DNA of 64,000 nucleotides, taken from an uncultured Chthonomonadaceae bacterium. GTDB taxonomy: Bacteria > Armatimonadota > Chthonomonadetes > Chthonomonadales > Chthonomonadaceae. The DNA lies in assembly GCA_963817895.1 (NCBI GenBank), contig CAWFQB010000007.1, positions 1 through 64,000 on the forward strand, in the 5' to 3' direction. Made by a program: the position numbers and the translations under genes. Of the stretch, positions 20,041 to 29,822 are shown piece after piece. Position 1 is the stretch's first letter, and each line of letters starts with the position of its first letter. The notes beneath the pieces are model-generated. The model was not told where the DNA came from and ran no database searches. It saw only the letters and a program-made list of their open reading frames with translations.

Positions 20041-21153
20041 ATGAACCCACAACCCCTATTCTGCCTTAATCTGGCCTGTTCGTCAAGAGGCTTGCAAAAT
20101 GCAGGCAACATCATCGTTCACGACAGTCTGCGCGACCGCTTTCGCTGCAAGACCTGCGGACACACCTTTAGCGCCAGCAAAGGAACCCTGTTCTACCGGC
20201 TGCGCACCGACCCCAAGATCGTCATCTGTGTGCTGACACTTCTCGCCTGTGGGTGTCCGCTTCCTGCCATTGTCCGCGCTTTCGGCTTTGACGAGCGAAC
20301 CGTCACGAACTGGCAGCACAAAGCGGGGCAACATTGTGAAGCCGTCCACACGCATCTGGTGACAGGACACGCGCGCGACTTGCAGCAGGTGCAAGCCGAT
20401 GAGGTTCGCGTCAAGCTGCAAGCGCGTCTGGTGATCTGGATGGCGATGGCAATCTGCGTTCCCTCGCGCTTGTGGCTGGGCGGGGTTCTCTCGCCGCACC
20501 GAGACAAACGCCTGATTGTCCGTCTGGTCGCTGTGGTCAAAGCCTGTGCGCAACACGCGCCCTTGCTGCTGATGAGCGATGGCTTGAGCAGTTATGTTCC
20601 GGCCTGGTGCCACGCCTTCCGCGAGGCGGTTCGTACCGGCAAGGTAGGTCGCCCGCGTTTACAGACGTGGCCGCATCTGGTAATCGGGCAAGTGGTCAAG
20701 CAGTACGAACGTGGGCGCGTGATTGGCGTCGCGCAACGTCTGATACACGGCACGGTGGATCAACTGCAAGGCTTGCAGCCCGACGAACACAAACTCAACA
20801 CGGCCTATATCGAACGGCTCAATGCGACCTTCCGGCAACGGCTGTGTTGCTTGACACGGCGCGGTCGGTGTTTAGTTCGCCACGAAGCCACATTGCAGGC
20901 GGGCATGTACTTGCTCGGTTGCGTGTACAACTTCTGTACGTTTCACAAGAGCCTGCGCCAGGAGCAGGGCAAAGGTTCGGGCAAGTGGCAACAGCGTACT
21001 CCGGCGATGGCCGCGGGGATCACGCAAGAGTGCTGGAGCGTGACCGATTTGTTCGCCTACCGAGTACCGCCTGCGCCGTTTGTTGCCAGAAAGCGGCGGG
21101 GCCGCCCACCGGGAAGCGGCAAGAAAACGGCGCAAACGAGCGCACAAGCATAA
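20041..21153 (+). CDS. IS1-family transposase (Zn ribbon, HTH, DDE)
   Basis: CLNLAC..CKTC zinc ribbon; QADE, SDGL and NTAYIERLNATFRQ; RTPAMAAG; GGAGG RBS. Confidence 0.88.
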   Translation: MNPQPLFCLNLACSSRGLQNAGNIIVHDSLRDRFRCKTCGHTFSASKGTLFYRLRTDPKIVICVLTLLACGCPLPAIVRAFGFDERTVTNWQHKAGQHCEAVHTHLVTGHARDLQQVQADEVRVKLQARLVIWMAMAICVPSRLWLGGVLSPHRDKRLIVRLVAVVKACAQHAPLLLMSDGLSSYVPAWCHAFREAVRTGKVGRPRLQTWPHLVIGQVVKQYERGRVIGVAQRLIHGTVDQLQGLQPDEHKLNTAYIERLNATFRQRLCCLTRRGRCLVRHEATLQAGMYLLGCVYNFCTFHKSLRQEQGKGSGKWQQRTPAMAAGITQECWSVTDLFAYRVPPAPFVARKRRGRPPGSGKKTAQTSAQA

Positions 21154-21155
21154 TA

Positions 21156-22217
21156 GATACTCCGACAAATAAGTTTGGATTTATTCTTGGCGCGGGTAGA
21201 ATAGACGTATGAACCTTCACGAACTTGGCCGCTATCCCGAAAACAAAGTCCGTTCGCTCTTCGGACTACCCCACGCCGCCTTAGCTGAACTCTTCCTGGC
21301 AGCGCTTCCCGAAATCGAGCGCCGTCGCCAACAAGAACAGGCCAACAAGCCCACGCGCCGCCGCAAGGTGGGAGGCGGCCGCAAACGCCTGCTCAAGCCC
21401 TACCAGGAAGTGTTGCTGACGCTGCTGTACCTGCGCCACAACGTCGCCTTCTCTGTGGTGGGCATGCTGTTTGGCGTCAGCGCCGATGTGGCGGAGAACA
21501 CCTTCCATGAGATTGTCGGCGTCCTCAAAGACGTGTGTCCGGCCAACCGCTGGGAAGCGGAGAAACGCTGGACCAAGAAAGAACCCTCCTGGAAGCCCGA
21601 GGAGGTGGATCAGGTGATTGTGGATAGTTTCGAGACGCCGGTTCCGCGTCCCTCGATTGAACCCAAGCAACGCGCCTTCTACTCGGGCAAGAAGAAAGAC
21701 CACACGCTCAAGACCGAGGTCATCACCAACCGCAATGGCGACATTCTTGATGTGGATGCGGGCTATCGCGGCCCGAAGTCGGACAAGAAAGTGCATGAGC
21801 AGAGTACGGTTGCCAAGCAGTTTCCCCATGCGACGGTCAAAGGCGATCTGGCCTATCAAGGCTTACCCCACAGCGAAGTGCCGCACAAGAAGCCACGCGG
21901 AGGCGCGTTGAGCGCTGTGCAGAAAGAAGAGAACCGCGCCTTTTCCTCAGGGCGTGTGCGTGTCGAACATAGTATCCGGCGCGTCAAAGCGTTTCGGATG
22001 GTGCGTGATGAATATCGTCTGGCGACGGGATTGTTCCGTCGCACTTGCTTCTGTGTGGTGGGTCTGGTGCAATTGATCGCGCTGACACGCGAGCCGCAAG
22101 GCGCGTAAGCCGGGAAAAGTAAACGCGGAAAAAGGGTTTTCGACGGGTGGAGTGTGTCTGCTCCACCTGAGCGCTAGCCTGCCTCAAAACAGCCTATATA
22201 CTATTTGTCGGAGTATC
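21156..22217 (+). mobile_element. IS5-family (ISL2-like) element nested in the IS1 element
   Basis: Perfect IRs GATACTCCGACAAATA / TATTTGTCGGAGTATC flanked by TA on both sides; the reconstructed empty site is AATATT. Confidence 0.88.
21209..22108 (+). CDS. IS5-family transposase (HTH + DDE_Tnp_4-like)
   Basis: GGGRKRLL; LLYLRH; IVDSFE..RP; YSGKKKDHTLK; GDLAYQG; RVRVEHSIRRVK. Confidence 0.9.
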   Translation: MNLHELGRYPENKVRSLFGLPHAALAELFLAALPEIERRRQQEQANKPTRRRKVGGGRKRLLKPYQEVLLTLLYLRHNVAFSVVGMLFGVSADVAENTFHEIVGVLKDVCPANRWEAEKRWTKKEPSWKPEEVDQVIVDSFETPVPRPSIEPKQRAFYSGKKKDHTLKTEVITNRNGDILDVDAGYRGPKSDKKVHEQSTVAKQFPHATVKGDLAYQGLPHSEVPHKKPRGGALSAVQKEENRAFSSGRVRVEHSIRRVKAFRMVRDEYRLATGLFRRTCFCVVGLVQLIALTREPQGA

Positions 22218-22243
22218 TATTCACACTTAACTGTGGGGCTACC

Positions 22244-23211
22244 CTGGAAACGATCACCTGACGGTTTTTGTTGGTTTGCTTTTTCGCGATAACGTGGAAA
22301 TGCTCCGTGTAAGGGAACCCGATGATGCCCTGCTGAACACCCGGTTCCTTCGGGACCCCCGGATCGGCGGGAACGCCGGTTTTGCGCGCGAGGGTATCGC
22401 CGCCAAAGCCGAACGCCGCCCGAACCGAGTAGGGCTTGCCGGTCGTGGCGTCGGTGTAGCGGCTTAGAAAGGTCGCGTTCGAGTCCAGAAAGTTGATCGC
22501 GTATTCGGGTTCGCCCGCTTCCAGGTACGTTCCCAGGGAGTGCGGCCCCAACGAGTACCACTTCATCAGGATACGCTGCCCGTCCAGCCCGGTATACCAG
22601 TATATCTCGTGATTGCGCTGCGCTAAAGCGGCTTTCGGTATCTGGCTGGCGCAGCCGCAGACGCCCTTCCAACTGTACCGCGCCCCCGACCCTGCCCACA
22701 ACGAAGACAGTCCGAGCGGCAGGGTCTGATTCTCCATAGCCATAGCGAGCGGAAAGCGCAGGCCATAGCGCCGCTCCAATCGCCCCGCGTAATACATGCC
22801 GCGCAGGACGGCTTCCGTCGGCTGCGCCCCGTAACACGATACCAGGGTGTTGAGGGGCGCGCTGATATGCCCATCTCGAACCCGCTTCATCAGCCGGTCG
22901 AACTTCGCCGGAGTTTTTTGCCGCTCATAGTTCCAGAGCCAATAGCTGCCGTCGGCGTTGAAACGACTCTGGTAGGGCGCGGGATTGCCTTTCGCGCTGT
23001 CGGCAAGCCGCAGGTAGTAGTCGAGCATGTCCACGAAAACGGCGTTGTAGGTGTCGGCATTGACTGTCCACATATAATCGGTGTGGTCATCGTTCGCCAG
23101 ATAAATGCGGGTTTTATCCGCCTGAATGCGGGTTTTATCCGCCTGAGGCGCTGCGGACGCCGAAAGGCCGAACAGGACGGCAAAGTTGAATGCAAGCGAT
23201 AGTGGTTTCAT
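22244..23211 (-). pseudogene. GH38-like glycoside hydrolase, 5' part (signal peptide and catalytic N-domain)
   Basis: Signal peptide; NDDHTDYMW metal-binding motif; ends at QVIVS, the TSD; 21-bp tandem duplication (QADKTRI x2) at 23104-23145. Confidence 0.85.
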
Positions 23212-23488
23212 AGCATTGTCCAGGAGGTCATCAGGAATAACGGTTGGCCGTTGTTCCTGACGCCTTGCTTCTTAGCGCGTAGTTTTGTTTCCGATGCGAA
23301 CTAACAAGAGAAGATAGCAGACTATCCGCCTGTATTAAACTTGCTGGCGCAAAGCGAAAGCGAGTGATTTCATAGCAAAAAGCAACAGAGTTCTAAAAAA
23401 TTCTTTTGCAACCCCTTGCGAACCCGATAAAAGTAGGTTATACTGTACCACAATTCGACTAAAACGTATAACTAATAGGCTTAACCTT

Positions 23489-23501
23489 AAAAATCGTTTT
23501 T
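23489..23501. promoter_or_regulatory. Candidate LacI-family operator
   Basis: AAAAATCGTTTTT quasi-palindrome with central CG just upstream of the LacI gene; a second half-site-like AAAACG near 23461. Confidence 0.4.
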
Positions 23502-23521
23502 TCATAGAAGGCGGAAATTTC

Positions 23522-24631
23522 ATGGTGACAATGGGAGATGTCGCGGCGCGGGCGGGAGTTTCACAGGCAACGGTTTCGTTTGTTCTGGGCGGCACTTCCG
23601 ACCGTCTTAAAATCTCCCCGCAAACGCGCGAGCGAGTGCTGGAAGTGGCGCGGGAACTTGGCTACCAGCGCAATCAGTTTGCCCGCGCTATGGTGACGGG
23701 CAAAAGCCGCATCATCGGCGTTTTGACCGCGCCCTCTTCCGGCGAAAACATTATCCATATTATGACCGGGGCGATGGAGGCCACCAGCCAGAACGATTAT
23801 CTGCTCAAAGTCCTGCATCTCGCCTACGCCGGGATTGACGAGGCCACGATTGCCCGCTGCCTGGCCTGGCGGCTGGCGGGCGCGCTGATTGTCGGTTTGA
23901 GCGAAGAATCGCACCGGCTGTTGAACGACGCTTTCCGCGAAAACAAAATTCCCGTTGCCCTGATTGACAACGTTCCCCCTCTGGAATGGGGCGTTCGCGT
24001 CCGTTCAAATGACGAGCAGGGTATTGGGCAGGTGATTTCTCACCTGACCGGGTTGGGACATCGCCGGATCGCGTTCATGGGTGGGCGGCGGGGACCACTG
24101 TCGGAGTGGCGGGAACGGAGTTTTCGCGCCGCGCTGGCGGATGCGGGTTTGTCCGCCCCGGAACACTGGATACGGCACTCCTCGTGGGGCGACCAGACCG
24201 TTATGGAAACCGAAATACGCGCGCTGTTTGCGGAAAGCGGGCAGGATTTGCCCACTGCGGTTGTCTGCTCGGCGGATACCGTCGCTCTCGTCACGTTGCG
24301 CATTGCCCGCTCCCTGGGCCTGCGCCTGCCCGCCGACCTGTCTGTCACCGGCTATTCCAACGGCTCGCTTTCCGAGTTTGTAGACCCGCCGCTGACCACC
24401 GTTGACCAGGCGTTTCATGAGATGGGCCGCATTGCCGCGTCGCAGGTCATCGGTTTCGCCGAAAACGCCGATGCTGAAAACAGCGATACGGAAGTCCTCC
24501 AACGCTACGAAAACGCCACGCGCGGGGACATACAGATTCCCACCCGGCTGATTGAACGCGGCTCGACCGCGCCGCCGCCCGCAAGCGGCAAACATTGGAA
24601 AGGAGAATACGGTTTTGAAGACTCAGTATAA
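23522..24631 (+). CDS. LacI-family transcriptional regulator
   Basis: TMGDVAARAGVSQATVSFVL HTH; LGHRRIAF; DLSVTGY; PPLTTVDQ. Confidence 0.95.
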   Translation: MVTMGDVAARAGVSQATVSFVLGGTSDRLKISPQTRERVLEVARELGYQRNQFARAMVTGKSRIIGVLTAPSSGENIIHIMTGAMEATSQNDYLLKVLHLAYAGIDEATIARCLAWRLAGALIVGLSEESHRLLNDAFRENKIPVALIDNVPPLEWGVRVRSNDEQGIGQVISHLTGLGHRRIAFMGGRRGPLSEWRERSFRAALADAGLSAPEHWIRHSSWGDQTVMETEIRALFAESGQDLPTAVVCSADTVALVTLRIARSLGLRLPADLSVTGYSNGSLSEFVDPPLTTVDQAFHEMGRIAASQVIGFAENADAENSDTEVLQRYENATRGDIQIPTRLIERGSTAPPPASGKHWKGEYGFEDSV

Positions 24632-24920
24632 AGAGACAAAGTTGTTTTTCACGGGGCGCAGATACGGAAACGCGCCCATGCTCCTCGCCGCAATGCTTTG
24701 CGCAGGCGGCTCCCTTCTGGCGGGCTGTGGGAATAAAGAGGAGGCCGCGCCTGCTCCCACCGCTGCGCAGACTCCCGCTGCGGGGAAAGTTGCCGAGCCC
24801 GGCGCGGCTCCCCTCGAAAACGTGAAAGGCACGCCCGAACAGGAGGCCGCGAAGCAGCGGGCGATAGACGAGGGCGCGGCCATTCACGCGGCGAACGATC
24901 CCGCGCAGGGAGGAAAATAG
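24615..24920 (+). CDS. Small Ala/Pro-rich lipoprotein
   Basis: Lipobox LLAG-C; AAGGAG RBS before TTG 24615. Confidence 0.7.
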   Translation: MKTQYKETKLFFTGRRYGNAPMLLAAMLCAGGSLLAGCGNKEEAAPAPTAAQTPAAGKVAEPGAAPLENVKGTPEQEAAKQRAIDEGAAIHAANDPAQGGK

Positions 24921-25043
24921 CACGTTCGCCTGTTGCTACTCTTGCAGGCATTTTCTATCGTGTTAGACATGCTTGTTACCCTTCAGCTCTATTCGCTGAT
25001 TTCTCATCACTGTCGGTTGCTCAGGAAAGGGCATGGTTTCGAT

Positions 25044-25937
25044 ATGCAGCGTCGCTATCCACAACGGAGTACGATCTCCGCCTTCACCCTCATCGAACTT
25101 CTTGTGGTCATTGCCATTATCGCTATTCTGGCAGCGATTCTGTTCCCCGTTTTCGCGCAGGCGCGGGCCAAAGCGCGGCAAACCTCGTGTTTGTCCAACA
25201 CCAAACAGTTGGGGCTGGGCATTTACCAGTATCTGCAAGATTATGATGAGACCATGCCGAATGGAACCTATCGGTCGGCGGCGGTTGGCGGTTGGGCCGG
25301 CCAAATCCAGCCTTATACCAAAAGCTCCGCCGTGTTCCACTGCCTGAGCGATACTGTGAGCGTCCTCAAGTCGGATAAGCCGTCGTCTTATGGCATGAAC
25401 AGCAACATCGCGCTTACCGGCAACGGACAGGCCAACCCGCCGATCCCCAATACAGTCGTGAGCATTCCCGTCTATACCGCGCCCGCCAGCACGGTACTGC
25501 TGTTCGAGGTGGAGGGCAATACCAACGTGGATGTCAGCCAGTATCTGGAGGGGCCGTATTCGCTCAACTACAACTCCTCGCCCTTCGGCAACGGGAGCAT
25601 ACAGGGATACAGCCCCTCCGGCGGGGGAACTTTCGCGTCCTGCCCGCCGAATGGTACCTCTGCGACCCTGAAGTATGCCACCGGCTATATGGGAAGCCGC
25701 GACCCCGGCGCGACGTACTCCTGCTTTTATACCGGTCCTCTGGGAAGGCACAGCGACGGCGCGAACTACGTGATGGCGGATACCCACGCGAAATGGTTCA
25801 AGGGGGCGCAAGTATCTTCGGGCCGTAACGCCACCAGCCCCACCGCAGCCGAGCAAAACTATATGTACGGCAACGCCGCAGGCACACAGGGAACGCTCCC
25901 CGGCGGCAGCATCGGGGTCACGTTCAGCCTCTACTAA
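25044..25937 (+). CDS. Prepilin-type N-terminal cleavage/methylation protein (DUF1559, H-X9-DG-like C-terminus)
   Basis: [55 protein letters not shown]. Confidence 0.92.
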   Translation: MQRRYPQRSTISAFTLIELLVVIAIIAILAAILFPVFAQARAKARQTSCLSNTKQLGLGIYQYLQDYDETMPNGTYRSAAVGGWAGQIQPYTKSSAVFHCLSDTVSVLKSDKPSSYGMNSNIALTGNGQANPPIPNTVVSIPVYTAPASTVLLFEVEGNTNVDVSQYLEGPYSLNYNSSPFGNGSIQGYSPSGGGTFASCPPNGTSATLKYATGYMGSRDPGATYSCFYTGPLGRHSDGANYVMADTHAKWFKGAQVSSGRNATSPTAAEQNYMYGNAAGTQGTLPGGSIGVTFSLY

Positions 25938-25938
25938 A

Positions 25939-26040
25939 GAGCCTATCCCAATAGGCCGGGTACAAAGAACGTACCCGTCTGAGTGGCCTGCGGCCAAGCG
26001 TCCTTCGGACGCAAATGCAATCGCTTATTGGGATAGGCTC
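25939..26040. mobile_element. 102-bp MITE with 15-bp TIRs GAGCCTATCCCAATA and TAAA target duplication
   Basis: TIRs at 25939-25953 and 26026-26040; TAAA at 25935-25938 and 26041-26044; internal 35 bp identical to 40210-40244. Confidence 0.75.
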
Positions 26041-26170
26041 TAAATGGGCGCGGCAACACTCCCGAAGCGTACCGGCAAAAGTTCGCCTTTCCCGGTACGC
26101 TCTACCTGCCGCTCCATGACATTCACGCACATCGGAGTTACCCGTGATGAAACCCTTTTTCTGACCGCTT

Positions 26171-28039
26171 TTGATTGTTCTGCTGCTGCCCTCGCAGGCG
26201 TATGCGGCAACCCTCCTCAAGAACGATTTTAACACGGCTGTTCCTGCCGCCTGGCCGAACGCGATTGCGGTTTCCAATCCCCGCGCGCTTTCGGCAACGG
26301 TCGCGCTTCAACCGGTCGGAACCGTAGACGTGGCGAACACCACGCAGCCCTCCGGCGGATTGCTGCTGACCGCGCGTAACATTCCCGCCACGCCCGGTAA
26401 ATGGCGCGCCGCTCTGGTCAGCGGGCTTTTGCCCGTGAACAATGCCGAAACTAATCCCGGCAAACTCACCCTCAGTTTCAGCCTGTCCGCTTCACTGGCG
26501 AAACCTGTTGCCGTTCGCGTCGAAACTTTCAACGCCGCGAGAAAACGTGTCGGCGGACTGTCCGGCATGATTTATCCTGCCGCCCCCGATTTCTTCCAGC
26601 GCTACGCCCTGGACCTTTCCACGCTGAAACCGGTGGGGGCAGGCAAGTTTCAGCCCGATGCCCCGTTCGTACAGTTCAGTTTTGAGATCGGCGACGCTAC
26701 CGGGGGAGGCGAATGGCCTGTGGGCGTGGAGTATCAGCTTCGCGTTGACAACGTGAATTATGCCACTCCCGATTATTATGTCAGCCCTACAGGAAGCGAC
26801 GCCGCCAATGGACGCTCGGAAACAACGGCTTTCGCCACCCCGCAGAAAGCGCTCGATGTGGCGCAGCCCGGAAATATTGTCCTGCTGATGGAGGGGACGT
26901 ATCGCGGCGGGCAGGCGAATGTGGCCTCCTTTCGACGCGGCGGCCTGCCGGACGCGTGGATCGTCCTCAAAAACTATCCGGGGCAAAACCCAATACTGAC
27001 CTCGACCGGATGGAATATCATCAGCGTCGCGGACGGCTCCAAAGAAAAGCCCTCGGAAATCCCGGCTCTGGCCTATCTCGAAATCCGGGGCCTGCATATC
27101 CGGGGCGAGGGCGATGTGGCAAAGACAAAGTATCCCGAAGCGATGAACAAAGCCAACTCGCGAACCAACTCCAACGGTATCGCCGTGGATGGCCGTTTCA
27201 TGAAAAATTATCCGCATCATCTGCGCATCGCGGACAATCTCGTTGAATACTGCCCCGGCTGCGGCATCGGGTCTATCGAAGGGGATTGGGTGACGGTTGA
27301 AAACAACATCTGCCGTTGCAACTGCTGGACGACGATCTACGGCACTTCGGGCATTTCTGTGATGGGCGCTTCTAACTTCGACGGCTCGGACAACATTTAC
27401 AGGGTACTCGTCCGAAACAATACCTGCTACCGCAACGAAACCTTTGAATTCTGGAAGGAAGTCAACCGCCCCTCGGACGGCAACGGAATTATTCTCGATG
27501 TCAATCAGAAGACCACTTTCCGCCCCAATTCCTCGTTCCGGGGCCGAACGCTGGTGCAAAGCAACCTTTGCTTCGACAATGGCGGTTCGGGAATTCATAC
27601 CGTCACCGCCAACCGGGTAGACATCATCAACAACACGGCGTACCTGAACAGCGCGTCCAAATCGCTGGAGTATTCCCAGATATATGCGTATGGTTCCGAA
27701 GACGCGCGGATTATCAATAACATCATGGTCGCGCCGGTCGCGGATATAGCGGCGGGCGAAAAGCCGGAACCGGTCAACGCCAGCAGGAAAAGCCCCGGCG
27801 TTCTGTACCTGCACAACCTGTATTTTGGCGGCAATATCGCGCCGACGATGGGCGAAGGGGATGTTATTGCCGATCCGGGGTTTGTAAATCCGTCTCGCGA
27901 CGGCAAGAGCGCGGATTTCCATCTGCGACCGGACAGCCCCGCCATCGGGCAGGGCGTCGTGTTTCCCTTCCTCCCGTTTCTCGATCTGGATGGCAAGCCG
28001 CGCAAGACCGCCCCCGCCAAAGGCGCTTACGAAAAATGA
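26171..28039 (+). CDS. Secreted right-handed parallel beta-helix protein (pectate-lyase-like fold)
   Basis: YYVSPTGSD..G....AFATPQKA; PGNIVLL.EGTY; DGNGIILD; NGGSGIH; DFHLRPDSPAIG; DLDGKPR. True start uncertain: ATG 26147 is followed by an in-frame TGA. Confidence 0.85.
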   Translation: MIVLLLPSQAYAATLLKNDFNTAVPAAWPNAIAVSNPRALSATVALQPVGTVDVANTTQPSGGLLLTARNIPATPGKWRAALVSGLLPVNNAETNPGKLTLSFSLSASLAKPVAVRVETFNAARKRVGGLSGMIYPAAPDFFQRYALDLSTLKPVGAGKFQPDAPFVQFSFEIGDATGGGEWPVGVEYQLRVDNVNYATPDYYVSPTGSDAANGRSETTAFATPQKALDVAQPGNIVLLMEGTYRGGQANVASFRRGGLPDAWIVLKNYPGQNPILTSTGWNIISVADGSKEKPSEIPALAYLEIRGLHIRGEGDVAKTKYPEAMNKANSRTNSNGIAVDGRFMKNYPHHLRIADNLVEYCPGCGIGSIEGDWVTVENNICRCNCWTTIYGTSGISVMGASNFDGSDNIYRVLVRNNTCYRNETFEFWKEVNRPSDGNGIILDVNQKTTFRPNSSFRGRTLVQSNLCFDNGGSGIHTVTANRVDIINNTAYLNSASKSLEYSQIYAYGSEDARIINNIMVAPVADIAAGEKPEPVNASRKSPGVLYLHNLYFGGNIAPTMGEGDVIADPGFVNPSRDGKSADFHLRPDSPAIGQGVVFPFLPFLDLDGKPRKTAPAKGAYEK

Positions 28040-28049
28040 AAATTTGTCA

Positions 28050-28934
28050 ATGGAAAACGTCAAGCCAGAGGGGAACCAGCAAGCCATGTTCGCAAGCCTG
28101 ATGCCGGAACTGCTGTCCATCAACGCAAACCTGCCCCGCGCCATCGCGCTTGCCGCCGCGCATGGCTTCGGCGGCGTGGATACGGCGGCAAACCACCTGA
28201 CCGACCCTGAACTGGATTTGGGACTGGCGGCAAACATGATGGCGGAGCATAATCTCCGCCCCGGCTATTTCAGTTTTCGGCCTTGGCGTGTTCCTGCCGC
28301 CGATGAGGAGTGGCAGTCCGCGCTTGAGTCGCTTCCCGCCGTCGCCGAGAACGCACGGAAATTGGGCTACGAGCGGGCCGCGCTTGTGGTGCTTCCCTTC
28401 CACGAGTCGCTGCCGTTCGACGCGGCGTTTGAGGAGCATGTCCGACGCATTGATTTCCTGACCCACATACTCGACGATTTTGGAATCGCGCTGGCTCTGG
28501 AGTACGTGTCGCCGCTTTCCCGTCGCGCCGCTTATACTCACCATTTTGTTTACGACATGCGCGGCATGTTGAATTTGTGTGACGCGCTGGCGTCGCCCCT
28601 CGCAGGCCTGCTGCTGGACAGCTTCCACTGGCACTGCGAAGTGGAGAGTGTGAGCGACATCGAGCGCCTGCCCGCCGAGCGCGTCGTGGTCGTTCATATT
28701 AATGACGCGCCGAACCTCCCGCATGAGGAACAGACGGTGGGAGATCGAACCCTTCCGGGCGCGACGGGCGTGATTGACCTGCTTGGATTCGTCGGCGCGC
28801 TGCAATCCATCGGGTATGACGGCCCCGTAACCTGTGAGCCGATGGCAAAAGCCATCGCCGCGCTGCCGCGCGCCAGTGAAGACGGCATCGTGGAACTGGT
28901 TTCCGCCGCGCTACGAAAATTCCTGTTACTCTGA
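28050..28934 (+). CDS. Sugar phosphate isomerase/epimerase (xylose-isomerase-like TIM barrel)
   Basis: LALEY, LLLDSFHW, VHIND, PGATGVID, GYDGPVTCE. Confidence 0.88.
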   Translation: MENVKPEGNQQAMFASLMPELLSINANLPRAIALAAAHGFGGVDTAANHLTDPELDLGLAANMMAEHNLRPGYFSFRPWRVPAADEEWQSALESLPAVAENARKLGYERAALVVLPFHESLPFDAAFEEHVRRIDFLTHILDDFGIALALEYVSPLSRRAAYTHHFVYDMRGMLNLCDALASPLAGLLLDSFHWHCEVESVSDIERLPAERVVVVHINDAPNLPHEEQTVGDRTLPGATGVIDLLGFVGALQSIGYDGPVTCEPMAKAIAALPRASEDGIVELVSAALRKFLLL

Positions 28935-29771
28935 ATGATTTATGAAAGGCGCAAAACTATGTCCAGACTGACTCACGCGCAGGTGGCGCAGTACCAAAAC
29001 GAGGGCTATCTGATTTACAAGGAGCCGACGCTCCCGCAGGAGAAGTTTACCGGTCTGCAAAACTACTTTGAGACGATTCTGCGCGATCTGCCTCCTGCGG
29101 AACGCCCGGAAACAATGGACGTGCCGCACTTCATGCACCCGGAATTGCTCCAATGGGCGTTTGACGATGCCGTTCTGGACATTGTTGAGTCCATTACCGG
29201 GCCGAACATCGCTTTGTACTCCTCGCATTTCATCTGCAAACCAAAAGGCAACGGCAAGCGCGTTCCGTGGCACGAGGATTCGGCTTACTGGAAGGGGCGC
29301 ATCACGCCAATGGAAATCTGCACCGTGTGGCTGGCAATAGACTCCTCCACCAGACTCAACGGCTGCATGAAGGTGATTCCGCGTACCCATGTCGAGGGCC
29401 AGAAGGGTTATTCCGACTATGACGCCGTAAACCCGGAGCAGAACGTTTTCGGCTCCGAAATCAAAGCCTCGCAACGTGACGACAGCAAGGCCGTTTACAT
29501 CGAACTCGACCCGAATGAGTGCAGTCTGCACGACGCCCGTGTTATGCATGCCAGCGAACCCAATACCAGCGCGATTCGCCGCTGCGGATGGACGATGCGG
29601 TTTTGTTCGAGCGCGGTCAAGTTCGACGCCGACCGTTTCGATGGGACGCACGTCGTCTATCTGGCGCGTGGGCGCGATCTGGGCGGCAATACCTACGCCG
29701 ACCCGACGCGCAGTTACCCCGAAGTGATCGCAAAGCGGGGGTTATCAGGCCGCTATCGAAACTCGCATTAA
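28935..29771 (+). CDS. Phytanoyl-CoA dioxygenase (PhyH)-family Fe(II)/2OG enzyme
   Basis: PWHED..YW (HxD), TVWLAID, NGCMKVIPRTH, MHAS.PN. Confidence 0.9.
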   Translation: MIYERRKTMSRLTHAQVAQYQNEGYLIYKEPTLPQEKFTGLQNYFETILRDLPPAERPETMDVPHFMHPELLQWAFDDAVLDIVESITGPNIALYSSHFICKPKGNGKRVPWHEDSAYWKGRITPMEICTVWLAIDSSTRLNGCMKVIPRTHVEGQKGYSDYDAVNPEQNVFGSEIKASQRDDSKAVYIELDPNECSLHDARVMHASEPNTSAIRRCGWTMRFCSSAVKFDADRFDGTHVVYLARGRDLGGNTYADPTRSYPEVIAKRGLSGRYRNSH

Positions 29772-29822
29772 TCACAGGATGGAAAGACAAGAGAATTCAG
29801 ATCAGTCGGGAGAAACGTAACC

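Larger units (their letters stand above)
19922..22243 (+). mobile_element. IS1-family insertion sequence carrying a nested IS; 8-bp TSD CTGGAAAC
   Basis: Left end GGTAGCACCGCATTAAAC; right end (reverse complement) GGTAGCCCCACAGTTAAG; CTGGAAAC at 19914-19921 and 22244-22251. Confidence 0.9.
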
